Below are positions 45,770 through 55,206 of a stretch of 55,452 nt of DNA, one piece after another. Location: the IMG/VR virus record IMGVR_UViG_3300049896_000004, positions 1 through 55,452 of that record, one strand, 5' to 3'. The notes below the pieces were generated by a model. That model worked only from the letters and a program-made list of their open reading frames with translations. It searched no databases and had not been told where the DNA came from. This DNA is from a virus (lineage: Duplodnaviria > Caudoviricetes). The position numbers were made by a program, and so were the translations under genes. Each line of letters begins with the position of its first letter. Position 1 is the stretch's first letter.

Positions 45770-46249
45770 TCAGGCGGCCTTCGCCCAGACCGGGCCGTGG
45801 TCGATGCACTCGGCGTCGAAGCAGTAGCCGAAGGGGCATGCCACGTTCCGGCGTACCGGGACCGGCTCGGGGGCGAAGTCCTCGCCGGCCGGGATCTCGG
45901 CGACGTTGCGCCGGTAGCCCTCCAGGACGCGGGCGACGCCCTGGGTCGTCACCTGCCGGCACTCCCCTGCCGCGTAGAAGTCGTCGGCGGCCGGGTCGTA
46001 CCACTCGGCGTGGATGAAGCCGTCGAGCCAGCCGACGGACAGGACGACACCGAGCAGGGCGCCGGTCGTGTCGCGGACCTCGTAGCCGGTCATCGGGTGC
46101 CGGCCGTCCTCGTCCTCCAGCCAGTTCCAGGACCGGACCTGGGCCGTGCCCATCCGGACCAGCAGGACCGTGACCGCGGTGAAGAGCATCGCGGCGCCCT
46201 TCGTGCCGGTGAAGACCTGCATGGTGCGGGTGGTGACGACCTTGTTCAT
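45770..46249 (-). CDS. Hypothetical protein
   Basis: GAAGGG RBS; follows a promoter cassette; C-terminal Cys/His. Confidence 0.65.
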   Translation of the reverse strand: MNKVVTTRTMQVFTGTKGAAMLFTAVTVLLVRMGTAQVRSWNWLEDEDGRHPMTGYEVRDTTGALLGVVLSVGWLDGFIHAEWYDPAADDFYAAGECRQVTTQGVARVLEGYRRNVAEIPAGEDFAPEPVPVRRNVACPFGYCFDAECIDHGPVWAKAA

Positions 46250-46268
46250 GACGGTCCCTTCGGTTTGT

Positions 46269-46372
46269 GGTGAGCGGTGCGCTCCCCGACACCTGAATCA
46301 TTGCGACATCGCTTTGCAATGTCAAGTTGCATTCCAGGGTTGCGGACGTGTCGCCGCTGGTCAGAGCTTCGG
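46269..46372 (-). promoter_or_regulatory. Promoter/operator cassette
   Basis: TTGACA-N17-AATGAT; boxes at 46301, 46314, 46327, 46340. Confidence 0.85.
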
Positions 46373-46379
46373 GGCGGCG

Positions 46380-48746
46380 AGGCGAGGGGGCACGCGGCGT
46401 GGCGTCGGGGGTGGCGGCGAGGGCCGCGAGTCGCTGGAGCTGGTACCCCATCCCGCCCAGGCCGGCGAGCGGGGCGGCCGCGTCCGGCCAGACCTGGCGG
46501 GCCGCCGCGGTGTAGGCGGCGCCGGCCAGGACGATGACCTCCCGGGCCTGGTCGACGCCGAGGGCGCGGGCCTGCTCGACGAGCTGTGCGCCGGTGACGC
46601 TCCCCAGGTCACCCATCTTCAGGTCGTACGGCTCGATGACCCGGTCAAGGGGCGTGAGGCCGTAGAGCGCGGACAGGACCAGGACGGTCCCCCCACGGAT
46701 GGTGAGGGCGGCCGCGGCGCGGGCGCAGGCCCGGTGATAGCTGCCGGTGTAGAGGTCTGCTGCGGGGGCGGCATGGGTCAGCTTGGCTGCGCCGCAGGGG
46801 ACGACGACGAGGGGGCCGGGCTCAAGGGACGGGGCCGGGCTGGCCGGCGGCTGGGCGGCCGTCTGAGCCTGCGCCTGTGTGGCGGCGTGCTCGACGTGGC
46901 GGGCGAGGGACCAGGTGCACCAGTCGGGCGAGTCGGGCAGCTTCCTGCCGGCGTCGAGGGCGGCGATCCGGCGGGCGACATGGACACGGTTGTTGATGTG
47001 CGAGCAGGGGTCGACCCGCATGTGGTCGAGCGGGGTGCGCACGTCCTTGTCGGCCTTGTACGGGCGCCACCGGACACAGGTGGTGCCGACGGACACGACG
47101 ACGCCGCCGTGGCAGTGGCGGGCGCGGGGGCCGGGCCGGTGCTGGGGCAGGTACTCGACGTGCACGCCCGGCTCGACGACCCCGGGGCCGACGACGATGC
47201 CGGGGACGCCGTCGTACAGCTCAGGGTCTTCAGCGACCTCAGCGGCGGCGAGGGCGGCGGCCTCGTCACGGAGGCCCTCGACGACGTCGGCGCGCAGGCC
47301 GTGCAGGGCGGCCTCCTCCTCGGTCGGCGCCCACCCGGCGGGCCGGGAGCGCCCGAGGCGGTAGCGGATGCCCTGGACGGCCGCCCAGGCGTCCCAGCAC
47401 CGGTCTTCGAACTCTTCCTCTGCGTGCCGCTGGTCCAGCTCGACATAGAACACCTCGCGGGCGGCGGCGCGGCGGGCCTGGTCGGCTTCGAATTCGGCGG
47501 AGCGGCGGGCGGCCTCGTGTCCGCCCCGGAGCGGGCGGAGGGGAAGGTGTTCCTGCCGGCGCTCCCGCTCGACGGGCACAGGGCGCTTGCGGTCCCAGAC
47601 CAGCAGGGCGCGACGGCCGTCGGCGGTGACAGCGACGCGGCGGCCGCCGGTCGGACCGGGCTCCCCGGTGATCAGGAACGCGGCCTTCTCCAGCGGGGCG
47701 AGGCGGGCGGCGGCGACGCGGCGGCCGGTGCCGCCGCCGCTGTACCGGCTGCGGCGCAGGATGCCGGCGGGGTCGACGTGGAGCTGATCGGCGGCCGCCG
47801 CCCGTACGAGGTCGGCGTGTGCGGTCGACCAGCCCAGGGCGTCCGCCTGCTGCTCCTGGCGGTACTCGTCCCGGGTGTCGACGGCGGCGGGCTCGACGGG
47901 TGCCGGGGCGGCGGGTGCGGGTGCCGGGGCGGGGGCGGCGGGCGCCTCCTCGACGGGCGCAGCGGCCGGGGCGGGGGTCTGGCGGATGCGGGGGCCGCCG
48001 CCGTTGCGGACAGAGCAGATCGGGCGGGTGCCGCCGCCGGGGTACGAGACGTCGACACGGAAGGGGAAGGGGCCCTCGTCGAGCCAACGCTCGATCAGGT
48101 CGGCGTTCGCCGCGATCGTCTCGTCCGCGTGCCTCGTGAGCGTGATCACGTAGGTGTGCTGTCGCTCGTTGCGGACGTAGTGCCCGACGACGCGAAAGTC
48201 TCCGCCGCGGCCCTGCTTGAGGCCCAGACGGCGCAGCTCGCGGGCGACAGCGTGTACCGGGGTGGCCGGCGCCTTCGTCATGACCATGGGGGTGACTCCT
48301 TCGGTGCTGGGGGTGTCGGCCGGGGCCGGGGCCTCGTCGACGAGGGGCAGCGCGGTCTGTCCGTTGCGGGCGAGCGACTCGGCTTCGGGCTCGTCGCTCG
48401 CGACGGCCGGGGCGATGACGTCGCCGCAGACGGCGCGCATGTCGCCGCGGTGGTCGAGGTAGTAGGCGGCGGCGACGACGCGGTACAGGTACTCGTCCTC
48501 GCCGCGGGCGAGCCGCTCGTCACGCATGCGGCGGGCGCAGCTGCCGGTGTTGGGCAGGCGGTGCAGGAGGAGCGTCTCCAGGCGGTCATCCGCGGTGAGG
48601 CTGGTCAGCCACCAGAGGCCGGCTTCCGGGCCCTGGTCGATGATCTGGCCGTAGCAGGTGGCGCCGTCGGCGTCGGTCCAGGCGATCCAGGAGCCGGGCT
48701 CGTACGCCTGCGGAGCGAAGGGCTTGAACGGGATACGGCGCCCCAT
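46380..48746 (-). CDS. Large mosaic protein ending in a DUF6884/YaaA-like domain; 3' end uncertain because there is no stop before the next promoter
   Basis: AGGAGGAG RBS at MGRRIPF; VPCGAAK..AADLYTGSY..LSALYGL..IEPYD; frame stays open to 45414. Confidence 0.6.
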
Positions 48747-48790
48747 GGTGCTCCTCCTGGTTTGTGCTGCTCTGTTCTGGACCCCCATAC

Positions 48791-48835
48791 AAGCAACCTC
48801 GCTATGCAAAGTCAAGTTGCACAGTGAGGTTGCTT
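48791..48835 (-). promoter_or_regulatory. Promoter/operator array
   Basis: TTGACT -35; boxes at 48791, 48804, 48817, 48830. Confidence 0.8.
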
Positions 48836-48857
48836 GAATGGGGGTCGGGGCGGTGGG

Positions 48858-49385
48858 TCAGTCCTCGGGGGTGAAGGTGTCGACGAGAGACTCGGCGATG
48901 ACGCCGCCCCACTCGTCGGCGGGGACGTCGCCGCTCGTCTTCAGGTACCGCCAGGTCAGGGCGAAGACCCCGGCGAGAGAGACCGACACGATCCCGTCGA
49001 GGCTGCACAGGTAGCCGTGCCGCACCAGGCGGTTCGTCGCGGCCGGCGGGATGCGGACCCCCGAGGTGCAGGCGGCGAGGCCTGCAGCCTCCTCGACGTA
49101 CCGGGCGGGGTCTGTCGCGTGGGCGAGGGCGGTGAGCTGGTCGGCCTGCGCCGCCGTGAGGTACTTCGGCATGGCATTCCGCCAGGGCTCCAGGCGGACG
49201 CTGCGGGCGCCCTGGTGGAGGATGACGGCGCCGTACGGGGCGGCCTCGGTGCTGCGGTTGCGGGGGTCGCGGGCGACGTGGGCGCGGATCTCGGCAGTCG
49301 CCTGCGCCGCGGTGAGGCGGGTCAGGCCGTGGTGGTCGTGCCGGTAGTAGCTGGCGCGGGCGGCGAGGACGTCGATCGTCGGCAT
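48858..49385 (-). CDS. Hypothetical protein
   Basis: GAAGG RBS; co-oriented with neighbours. Confidence 0.65.
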   Translation of the reverse strand: MPTIDVLAARASYYRHDHHGLTRLTAAQATAEIRAHVARDPRNRSTEAAPYGAVILHQGARSVRLEPWRNAMPKYLTAAQADQLTALAHATDPARYVEEAAGLAACTSGVRIPPAATNRLVRHGYLCSLDGIVSVSLAGVFALTWRYLKTSGDVPADEWGGVIAESLVDTFTPED

Positions 49386-49405
49386 GGTGCAGGCCTTCCG
49401 GGTTG

Positions 49406-49597
49406 TCAGGCGGTGGGGGTGGTGTCCAGCTCGACGCGGATGTCCGCGGCCTCGCCGTAGGCGATGGCGTACTCCTCCATGAAGGGGGCGAGTTCGACGA
49501 GGTTGAAGGCGGAGTCGCAGCGGACGAGTTCTGCGCTCTCCTCACCGTCGACGACGGTGATGCGGCGGGCGACGATTCCGTACAGGGCGGGCTTCAT
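49406..49597 (-). CDS. Small hypothetical protein (MKPALYG...)
   Basis: GAAGGG RBS. Confidence 0.6.
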   Translation of the reverse strand: MKPALYGIVARRITVVDGEESAELVRCDSAFNLVELAPFMEEYAIAYGEAADIRVELDTTPTA

Positions 49598-49626
49598 GGC
49601 GGGTCCCTTCGGGGCGGGTGTGCGGG

Positions 49627-50034
49627 TCAGCGGGCGGCGCGGGCGCTGCGGATGCCCAGGCGCCAGCCGTCGGCGAGCGGCTCGGCCCAGGCGGCGCGGA
49701 CGAGGGCCGGGACGGTGATGCCGAGGTAGGTCTTCGGGACGCCGTCCGGGGAGCGGGGGGCCTTGGGGAGTGCCGGCAGGGGGATGCTGTGGCTGACGAT
49801 GTGGTCGGCGGCGTCCTCGGGGTTCACGCCGATGCCGTGCTCGACGCCGGGGCCTGCAAGGCCCCAGCCCATCGGGCCGAGGTAGGTCATCCGCCAGGCG
49901 ACGCCTGCGAAGGTCACGGCGTGCGTGACGCGCTTGCCGGGCAGCAGGTCGCCGACAGTGATGCCAGCGGCGGACAGGACCGCGACGAGCTGTGCGAGGC
50001 GGGCGGCGGGGACTGAGCGGGGCAGGATCGGCAT
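49627..50034 (-). CDS. Hypothetical protein
   Basis: Purine-rich RBS after a hairpin repeat. Confidence 0.6.
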   Translation of the reverse strand: MPILPRSVPAARLAQLVAVLSAAGITVGDLLPGKRVTHAVTFAGVAWRMTYLGPMGWGLAGPGVEHGIGVNPEDAADHIVSHSIPLPALPKAPRSPDGVPKTYLGITVPALVRAAWAEPLADGWRLGIRSARAAR

Positions 50035-50093
50035 GGGGAGGCTCTCTTTTCTTCCGGGCCGGGCGCCGACGGGGCGCCCGGCCGGGCGGGGGG

Positions 50094-50333
50094 TCAGCGG
50101 GTGTGGAGGGTGAGGGCGCCGACACCCTCGAAGACCAGGGCGGCGAAGCCCTCGACGTCGGCCTTGTCGCGGGCGGCGCCGGCCTGGTACATGAGGTCGG
50201 AGTGGTGCTCGTCCTTGATCTCGACGCCGCGGGAGCGGAGGAGGTCCCAGACCGCGGTGCGGATCTCGCCGCCGGTGGTGGCGGTCCGGCGTTCGGTGGG
50301 CTGGTCGGGGGTGATGAGGGCGAGGGCGTACAT
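50094..50333 (-). CDS. Small hypothetical protein (MYALALIT...)
   Basis: GGAG RBS after a hairpin repeat. Confidence 0.6.
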   Translation of the reverse strand: MYALALITPDQPTERRTATTGGEIRTAVWDLLRSRGVEIKDEHHSDLMYQAGAARDKADVEGFAALVFEGVGALTLHTR

Positions 50334-50398
50334 GGGGGGCTCCGTTCCTGGGGAGTGGGGGCCGGGCACCGTACGGCGCCCGGCGGGCGGAGCGGGTG

Positions 50399-50782
50399 TC
50401 AGGCGATGAACTGCTCGTCGCTGTAGATCGCGACCGCGGCGTCCGACGCGGCGTGCGCGTCGGCGTAGTCGCCGCGCGTCCAGCGGGTGAGGACGAGTCG
50501 CTGGTTCGCCGCGCTCAGTCGGGCGATGTACCAGGCGAGGCCGACCGGGATGGTGCCGTTCTCCAGGGCGGCCCGTCCGGCGTCACCCAGCTCCAGGAGC
50601 GACAGGCGGATGGTGACCTTCAGGGTCGTCTTGCCGGCCATCTCGGCGACCTCGGCGGCGGAGTATCCGGCCTCGGTGAGGACGCGGTAGATCCGGGCCT
50701 CACGGAGCGGGCGGGTACCGGCCTCGGTGACCTGCTGGGCGATGACGCGGGCGGCGGGGGCGGGGATCAGGATGGCGTTCAT
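50399..50782 (-). CDS. Stand-alone ParB/Spo0J-type HTH domain protein
   Basis: EARIY..L...GYSAAEVAEMAGKT...RLSLLEL...GTIPVG.A..IARL. Confidence 0.7.
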   Translation of the reverse strand: MNAILIPAPAARVIAQQVTEAGTRPLREARIYRVLTEAGYSAAEVAEMAGKTTLKVTIRLSLLELGDAGRAALENGTIPVGLAWYIARLSAANQRLVLTRWTRGDYADAHAASDAAVAIYSDEQFIA

Positions 50783-51614
50783 GGGGTGGCTCTCTTCTCA
50801 GGGGTGGGGGGCCGGGCCCCGTGCGGTGCCCGGCGGGGTGTGCGGGGTGTGCGGCGGCGGTGGGGAGTGCGGTGACGTCGACGACGGCCGGGGTCAGAGC
50901 GGCGGCGACGAGGACCTTGAAGGTGTCCTTGCGGCCCTTGCGGGGCGGGGCGCCCAGGCCGGCGTCGAGGTAGTCGATGGCGACCTGGTCGCCGTCAATG
51001 ACCGTGCCGCCCGGGGTGCGGGCGATCGTGACCCGGCCGTAGGCGCCGACCGGGAGCTGGCGCAGCCACTTCTTGAGGGCGTCGGCCTGCTTGGCCTTGG
51101 CCTTGGCGTCGGCGTCCAGGGCGGCGAACTCGTCGGCGCGCTGCTCGATCTCGTCGACGGCCGGCAGCTCCTCGGCGGAGAGGGTGATGTCCGCGGCCGG
51201 GGTCTTGGCGAGGGACGTCTTGCCGAGACGCTCCGCGATCCGGCCGACGGTGCGGGCCCCGGCGGTCGCGGCGCGCAGGCTGATCCGGTTCAGGCGACGC
51301 TCGGCGGTGCGGACGGCGCGGCGGGCGTCGCGGGCGGCGGCCTTGGCGTCGCGGGCCTCCTCGATCCGGGTGGCGACCTGGCGGTCCTGGATCTCGACCC
51401 GTCGGGCGGCGGCGTTGACGCCCTTGCCGGCGCGCTGAGCGGCACGCAGGGCCTTGACGGCGTCGTTCCGGCGACCGCGCTGGACGGCGACCTTCAGTGC
51501 AGCGCGGTCGGCCTTGCGGTCGGCCTTGCCTTGCTCGCGCTGGGCGCCGGCGAGGGCGGCCTCGGCCTCGACCGTGAGGTTCAGCAGCTCGGCGGTCTTC
51601 GCGGTGCTGTTCAT
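50700..51614 (-). CDS. Coiled-coil, Ala/Arg-rich protein; 3' end may be extended
   Basis: AAAGGGG RBS, follows a promoter array. Confidence 0.6.
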   Translation of the reverse strand: MNSTAKTAELLNLTVEAEAALAGAQREQGKADRKADRAALKVAVQRGRRNDAVKALRAAQRAGKGVNAAARRVEIQDRQVATRIEEARDAKAAARDARRAVRTAERRLNRISLRAATAGARTVGRIAERLGKTSLAKTPAADITLSAEELPAVDEIEQRADEFAALDADAKAKAKQADALKKWLRQLPVGAYGRVTIARTPGGTVIDGDQVAIDYLDAGLGAPPRKGRKDTFKVLVAAALTPAVVDVTALPTAAAHPAHPAGHRTGPGPPPLRREPPHERHPDPRPRRPRHRPAGHRGRYPPAP

Positions 51615-51670
51615 GGCGGCGCCCCTTTCGTTGTGGTCCGGGCCCCTCGCCCGTTCCGACACCCGTACTC

Positions 51671-51728
51671 TCGCAACATTGGTTTGCAATGTCAAGTTGC
51701 ATCGACGTGTTGCTGTGTCGTGTTGCGG
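51671..51728 (-). promoter_or_regulatory. Promoter/operator array
   Basis: TTGACA -35; boxes at 51671, 51684, 51697, 51710, 51723. Confidence 0.8.
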
Positions 51729-51805
51729 TCTGGGGCGGGATGGGCCCCGGAATCGCCGGCGCCCCGGTCTCGCATCGCGAGGGCCGGGGCGTCCGGGGCG
51801 GCAGG

Positions 51806-54511
51806 TCAGCGGCGGGCGGCCTGCTCGTCCCTGATGGCCATCGGGAGCAGCGCGACAGCCTGCGAGCGGTACGGCTCCAGGGCCTGCGCGAACGTGCCGC
51901 CCGTCGTGATCCAGCCGTAGCAGGCGCCGTGCAGGGTGCCGACCTGGAAGGTGTAGCCGATCAGCCGGCCGTCCTCGTCGCGCTCCGCTTCGAATCCCTT
52001 GGCGGCCGGGTAGGTGCCGGTCACTCGCCGCTTGGCCTCGTGCTCGTCGAGTTCGTCGGCCTGGTCGGCGGCGGGCTCGTCGGCCTGCGGGGCGGCCGCC
52101 CGTGCCGCCTCTTCCGCCTGGTAGAAGGCGCGCTCGGCGGTCGTCGCGTACTCGTACAGGCCGACCGGGGCGACGCCCTCAGGGGTCGCGACACCGTACC
52201 GGGCGCCCGCACCGAAGCCGACACGGAAGGTCCAGCCCGCGGGCTGCTGCTCGCCGGGGCGGCAGAACGGGCGGAAGTGGTGCGCGCCCTCGTGCGTGGC
52301 CAGGGCGGCGGCCTTCGACCGGCTCAGGTTGTCGACCTGCACGCGGGTGTCGGCGGCCCGCTCCTGCTGCCGGGTGAGGCGGGCCCTCAGGGTGGCGGCC
52401 GGGCCGCGGTAGAACTTCTGGTCGGCGCCGGTCGCCGTGGCGATCTGCAGGTGGACCTTGACGCCCTCCTCACCGGCGAGGAGGTTCGCGGCGGCGAGGA
52501 CGTCGGTCACGGACGCCCCGGTCTCTTCAGCGAGCTCCCAGGCCGCGACGGGCCAGGCTTCGGCGATCGCGTCGACGGCCCCTTCCACCGTGGCGTGGAA
52601 GCCCGCCGAGTTGTTCCGGGTCCCGGCGTACGGGGCCCATGCCTCGTACCGGCCGCGTCGGCTGTTCGCCCCGCCGTCGAAGATCGTGCCGAGGAAGTCG
52701 GGGCCGCGGGTGACGATCAGCCGGCCGGGGCCCTCGGGCTTGGCCTTCACGGCGTCGACGTCGAAGGCTTGCAGGCACTCGGCGAGCTGCTGCGTGCTGC
52801 GGTGGGCGAGCACTGCCGCGCGGTACGTGGCGACTGGGGCGAGGAGCTCGGCGCTGTCCGTGCCGGCCTGGTGGTGTCCGACGAGTTCGCGGCGGGCGTC
52901 CTCGCGGTGCCTGAGTTCGTTGTAGCCCTCCAGGATCAGGCCGCGGGTGGCGACGTACGCGTACCGGACTTCCGATCCGGACCGGGTGCGGAACGTCCAG
53001 CCGATGACCGGGCCGTCCTCGCCGTCCTGGACGGGCTGGAAGGCGGCTGCGGTCGACCAGACCAGGCCGGCGCACAGGCGGGCGCTGATCTCGTCGACCA
53101 GGGCCGTGCGGGCGTCCTGGTCGGCCGGGGCGAGGGCCGGGGCCTCGTCGCCGACCGGCGGGGTCAGGATGAGGGACGAGCCGTGATAGCCGGTCGTCGA
53201 GCAGTCGACGTGCCAGCCGTGCGCCTCCAGGGTCTCCCTGAGGACGTCGAAGGCGTCGTCGAGCGGATACCCGGTGAGGTGAAGGCCCTCAGCGTCGACG
53301 GCGTACAGCTGGACGGAGAGCCAGTTCGTGCGGAACAGGAAGCCGGCGCGGCCCTGAGCCTCCTCGGGGTGTCCGGCGTGGAGCAGGACGGCGCGGGCGG
53401 CCTCGGTCACCTGCTGATTACGGGTCAGGGCGGCGGCCTCACGGGCCTGTGCCGCGCGGTACGTGTCGCTAGCTGCGGGGGCCTCGTCGACCGCAGGGGC
53501 CTCGCTCTGCTCGACGCGCTGGCAGTTCGCCGCGATCCACAGGGCGCCGCATTCCATCACGACGTACAGCGGCTCGTCCGCGACGTAGCGCTTCATGTGG
53601 CTGACGGTCCGGGTCATGCCGTCCGCGCACACGACCCGCTCGCCCTTGACGAACACCGGGGCCTCGTCGACCGCGGGCGCCTCGTCGACGACCGGGGCGG
53701 CCGCCTCAGCGGCGCGGCGGGCCTGGGCGGCGCGGCGACGGTCGCGGTTGCCGATGCAGTTCTTGCACGTGAGCGGCGCCTTGACCTTGCGGTACCGGGT
53801 GCCCTGGTTGGTCATCGACCCCGTGCGGCACAGGGGGAAGATGTAGACCGGACCGCCGTCGCTTCCGTCCATGCCCGACGTCACCTCGTGCACGGCGCCG
53901 CCCATCAGCGGAGTGCAGTGACCGGGCTCCCACTCGTCCTCGACGGCCGCAGGCGCCTCGTCGAGGGCGGGGGCGGCCGGGGCGCAGTGCTGGGGCAGCA
54001 GGGTCAGGCCCAGGCCGGCGGCGATGCGCTCGGCGACGTCGGCGCTCGCAGCGAACCGTCCGTCGTTCATCTCGCGGATCTTGTAGCGGTCGGCGGCGTG
54101 GTGGAACTGGCCGTGCGCCTCGGTTAGGGCCAGGGGCCAGTTGTTCGCAAAGACACCGACGACGCCCTCGGACTCGACGACCAGCACGTCACCGTCGCGC
54201 AGGCCCAGCTCGACGCCCGCCTCGGACTGGGTGATGTCGTACGCGGTGTCACTGTCGTCGAAGCGGTGGACCTTCGGGCCCTCCTCGACCGCCGGCGTCT
54301 CGACGATCAGGACGGCGACCGGGCGGCGCAGCAGTTCCTCAGTGGTGGTGCAGTTCTTGCAGGCCCCGGTCAGCTTGGCGGCCTCGCGGTCGGTGAGCTG
54401 GCGGCCGACCACACGGCCGCAGAGGGTCTTGAGGTGGAAGCCGTCGGTGCGGACGCGGTGGGTGGTGCGGCCGTTTCCGACCTGAGCGGCGGCGGTGGTG
54501 ATGGTCTGCAT
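51806..54511 (-). CDS. Large mosaic multi-domain early protein
   Basis: Two H..LC..CKNC zinc modules, three G(W/Y)TF(R/Q) modules, DEAPA linkers. Confidence 0.7.
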   Translation of the reverse strand: MQTITTAAAQVGNGRTTHRVRTDGFHLKTLCGRVVGRQLTDREAAKLTGACKNCTTTEELLRRPVAVLIVETPAVEEGPKVHRFDDSDTAYDITQSEAGVELGLRDGDVLVVESEGVVGVFANNWPLALTEAHGQFHHAADRYKIREMNDGRFAASADVAERIAAGLGLTLLPQHCAPAAPALDEAPAAVEDEWEPGHCTPLMGGAVHEVTSGMDGSDGGPVYIFPLCRTGSMTNQGTRYRKVKAPLTCKNCIGNRDRRRAAQARRAAEAAAPVVDEAPAVDEAPVFVKGERVVCADGMTRTVSHMKRYVADEPLYVVMECGALWIAANCQRVEQSEAPAVDEAPAASDTYRAAQAREAAALTRNQQVTEAARAVLLHAGHPEEAQGRAGFLFRTNWLSVQLYAVDAEGLHLTGYPLDDAFDVLRETLEAHGWHVDCSTTGYHGSSLILTPPVGDEAPALAPADQDARTALVDEISARLCAGLVWSTAAAFQPVQDGEDGPVIGWTFRTRSGSEVRYAYVATRGLILEGYNELRHREDARRELVGHHQAGTDSAELLAPVATYRAAVLAHRSTQQLAECLQAFDVDAVKAKPEGPGRLIVTRGPDFLGTIFDGGANSRRGRYEAWAPYAGTRNNSAGFHATVEGAVDAIAEAWPVAAWELAEETGASVTDVLAAANLLAGEEGVKVHLQIATATGADQKFYRGPAATLRARLTRQQERAADTRVQVDNLSRSKAAALATHEGAHHFRPFCRPGEQQPAGWTFRVGFGAGARYGVATPEGVAPVGLYEYATTAERAFYQAEEAARAAAPQADEPAADQADELDEHEAKRRVTGTYPAAKGFEAERDEDGRLIGYTFQVGTLHGACYGWITTGGTFAQALEPYRSQAVALLPMAIRDEQAARR

Positions 54512-54568
54512 GTCGTGGTCCCTGTCCTCGTGGTCCGGGCCGTCCATCCGCCCCGGGGAGACATAGCT

Positions 54569-54693
54569 TTGCAAACCGATGTTGCACTGTCAAGTCGCAT
54601 CACTCTCTTGAGATGTCGTCGCAGGTCAATGAACACTCGGCCGCTTTCACCCGCCACGCTGCACTGTCGGATTGCAATGCCGTGTGGCATGCT
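54569..54693. promoter_or_regulatory. Divergent promoter region with two operator arrays
   Basis: Boxes at 54569, 54582, 54595 (with leftward TTGACA) and at 54659, 54672, 54685. Confidence 0.75.
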
Positions 54694-54699
54694 GCTTCC

Positions 54700-55185
54700 A
54701 TGACCAACGCCCCCGCCCCCGAACAGACCGCGGCGATCGGCGAGCTACGGAAGCTCGACGGACACTTCACCGAGGCCACGGCCGGCCGCGACGCGGCCCG
54801 TGAAGCCCTGCACGTCGCGATCATCAAGCACCTGCGCGCCCGCAGCGCGCGCCCCGGGGACATCGCGGACCACACCCCGTATGACCGGAACTGGATCGGG
54901 GCACTCGGCAGGACGCACGGGGTGCCGCCGCTGCGCGGCCCGGACGCACCCCCGAAGCCGACATACAACCCTGAGACCGTGGACGCGGCCCTCGCCGAAC
55001 TGGACGGACTGTCGACCGCGCTCGCCGCCGCCGAGGGGCGCGTCAACGAGGCTCGTAAGCCACTGCACGACGCGATCCGCCGGCACTACCCGATGCTGAG
55101 TTCCCCGGAGATGGCCAAGCACATCAAGTACGACCGGAACCACATCCTGAGGATCGCCACGGCGGAAGACGCCAGCACCGAGTAG
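54700..55185 (+). CDS. Tandem double-HTH regulator (candidate repressor), probably leaderless
   Basis: Internal duplication IADHTPYDRNWI / MAKHIKYDRNHI; divergent from the early genes. Confidence 0.7.
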   Translation: MTNAPAPEQTAAIGELRKLDGHFTEATAGRDAAREALHVAIIKHLRARSARPGDIADHTPYDRNWIGALGRTHGVPPLRGPDAPPKPTYNPETVDAALAELDGLSTALAAAEGRVNEARKPLHDAIRRHYPMLSSPEMAKHIKYDRNHILRIATAEDASTE

Positions 55186-55206
55186 CGCGGACCTCGAGGT
55201 CGCGGC

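Noticed and set aside
45377-50834. Hairpins as integron attC sites
   Set aside because: Too short, no GTTRRRY/RYYYAAC ends, and no integrase in the window
11-54127. Many long plus-strand ORFs (e.g. 11-1150, 7638-10079, 46146-48827, 51689-54127)
   Set aside because: Antisense shadows of well-supported minus-strand genes in high-GC DNA, with no motifs or RBS
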